This document shows positions 62,042 through 64,000 of a DNA stretch of 64,000 nt, one piece after another. The translations under genes were made by a program, and so were the position numbers. Source of the DNA: Callorhinchus milii (Eukaryota); assembly GCF_018977255.1 (NCBI RefSeq), contig NW_024704771.1, positions 806,001 through 870,000 of the forward strand. Direction: 5' to 3'. Numbering within the stretch: position 1 is the first letter of the stretch; every line of letters begins with the position of its first letter. The notes under the pieces were generated by a model. It was given only the letters and a program-made list of their open reading frames with translations. It had not been told where the DNA came from and searched no databases.

Positions 62042-62700
62042 GTTTGTTGTGTTTAACCTGTACATTTCCCTATTCTAAGCTCATATTCCCACCCCGTCCC
62101 AGTCAATATATTTTCCAGCCTCAGAAATGCACCATAATCTCTACCAGAGCCCCGTGTGAACTGCACAAAGTAATGATTTGTCATTCTGGCTCAATGTGGG
62201 CAATTGGCTGCCGCGTAACACCCACAAAATACTCAGTCAATTCACTGTACAGTATATTCTGTGAAGGGCTTTGAGTCGTCTCAAAGACGTGATTAGGCTC
62301 TATATCAATTTCATTGGAAGGACTCTTGTTGTTTGGTTTAGAGGGTTGTGGGTTGAAGCCCCACATCAGCACCTGAGCTCATAGTTCAGGCTGATACCAC
62401 ACTCTGTCACTGAAGGACACTCAGTGTTAGAGGCTGACGTTTGGTGAGACGTGAAAATTGACAGTTTGTACCTGTCTGTTCAGGTGGACATTAAAGATCC
62501 CATAAACTGATGGAGAATGTAGTGTATTGCAGATTAATTGGCCATTCACTTGATGGTGCAAATGACTGTAACCTTAGCCTTCAAAAGCAGTCACTACAAA
62601 TGACTAATTAGGTGTAAAGTACTGAATGTTTTGATTTGATCAATTGTTACAAAAGTTCTGCCTTTGTAATTGTTGATAACACAATGTATTACTGTTACAG

Positions 62701-62976
62701 ACCGCAGACGGCTGCCCTTGATTTCCATGGCAGGTTACCAGGACTCGAGAATTAAACTCACGTGTAAATCAAAAGGCTGGTATCCCGAACCTCGTGTAGT
62801 TTGGTTTGATAGGAGTGGAGCAGAGGTGAAAGCCAAGACTGAAACATGCACTCAGAGGTCTGAAGACTGTTGGAAATGTGAAAGTAGTATTGATATAACC
62901 AGCGATTCTACAGACAGATTCACGTGTCTGACAAGAAACTTTCTGGAGGAAAACGAGGCAAAGATCCAGGTATCAG
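62701..62976 (+). CDS. BTN-like gene C, IgC exon
   Basis: 276 nt, open frame, 5 aa differences from gene B. Confidence 0.92.
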
Positions 62977-63659
62977 GTCAGTGAAACATTTGCAAAAATA
63001 TAAGCACTTCAATGCAACGTATTACAGTTCATATTGTGATGTGGAACAATCCACAGCAGCTCCCAATGTTCAATCTGAGGCTTTCATTCTGATTTTCTTT
63101 CAGCCAATTTCATTATAGGATAGTTTGCTATTGTAATTGCAAATAATTAATTACACAACAACAAGATACATGTGTATAGCGCCTTTCACGTGGGGAGGAC
63201 ATCCCAAGGCACTGGACAGTGACAGCATTTCATGTATTACTGAAATACAGCAGTCCTGTAGCTCAGTGGTTAGAGCACTCACCTCGCAAGCGAGAGACCT
63301 GAGCTCGATTGTCGGAGACGCTGTCCTTCAGATGAGACGTTGAACCGAGGACTTTTCTGCTCCTGTTCAGGTGGATTTTAAAGATCCTCTGACACTTTTC
63401 ATGAAGGGAAAGAAGTTTCTCCAGGTATCCTGGCCTACAATCCTGCAGATAAATTTGTCATTCACTACATAACTGTTGGTGGACATTGTGTGCAGAAAAT
63501 TGGCTGCCATGTTAGCATACAAATAAACAGTCACTACATATCACTGTAATGCCTGTGAAACGCTTTGAGACTTCATGAAAATGTAATAAGGTTCTATATC
63601 AAATTAAAGAATGAAAGGATTATTATTAAATATGATACAAAATGTTCCTTATGTTACAG

Positions 63660-63779
63660 AGGTGTTTTTCCACCGAGGCCCAGACTGGCTGGTGGTTTTC
63701 CTTGTGGCGTTCACTCTTGTGCTTGGAGCAGTTGGTGTGTTGATGTTCTTCTGCAGAAAACGATTGAAAAAAGTTAAAG
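63660..63779 (+). CDS. BTN-like gene C, transmembrane exon
   Basis: 120 nt; WLVVFLVAFTLVLGAVGVLMFFCRKR; the gene continues beyond the window. Confidence 0.92.
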
Positions 63780-64000
63780 GTAATAAATGATTTTGAGATT
63801 CCCCCAAAATATAATCTTTACTTTCGTCTTTTATATAATCCATAACATAGTGAGGAGAGCACTGGCAACGTCTTAGTGGCAGTGACAAAGGCGAGAATGA
63901 GGGTTTCCGAGGTGTTGGGTGTGAGGTAGGGGCAGCGGCCGTTGATGTGATGGGTGTGAATTAAGGCAGTTTTGATGAGGCAATGCATGTGAGGGAGAAA

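Overview
Vertebrate genomic DNA. The L2/CR1 LINEs, tRNA-Ala-headed SINEs and Deu-domain SINEs suggest a cartilaginous fish (inference). The window is a tandem array of roughly 42-kb units, each with one + strand butyrophilin-like (BTN) gene. I reconstructed a complete middle copy, gene B: 13 coding exons from 18643 to 50096, 1551 nt, 516 aa predicted (signal peptide, IgV, IgC, TM, eight 27/36-nt micro-exons, B30.2/PRYSPRY). The window also holds the 3' end of an upstream paralogue (A, 189-8492) and the 5' end of a downstream paralogue (C, from 60790). Between the genes, each unit has a CTCF-like site, a TRIM-like 3' remnant, a telomere-variant repeat, a CpG-island promoter and a palindromic 30-bp array. 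A 5188-bp class I endogenous retrovirus (21826-27013, minus strand; GTAT target-site duplication, exact tRNA-Pro PBS, two ~495-bp LTRs) sits in the IgC-TM intron of gene B, and the empty site is preserved in gene C. The most striking observation is its gamma-type env. Directly after the signal peptide, where the receptor-binding domain normally lies, env carries a V-type immunoglobulin domain with CD300/pIgR-family signatures, an apparent captured host immune-receptor module. Most long His/Pro/Thr-rich ORFs in the track are artefacts of C/A-rich minisatellites. All alignments and identity estimates were made by eye; no searches were run.
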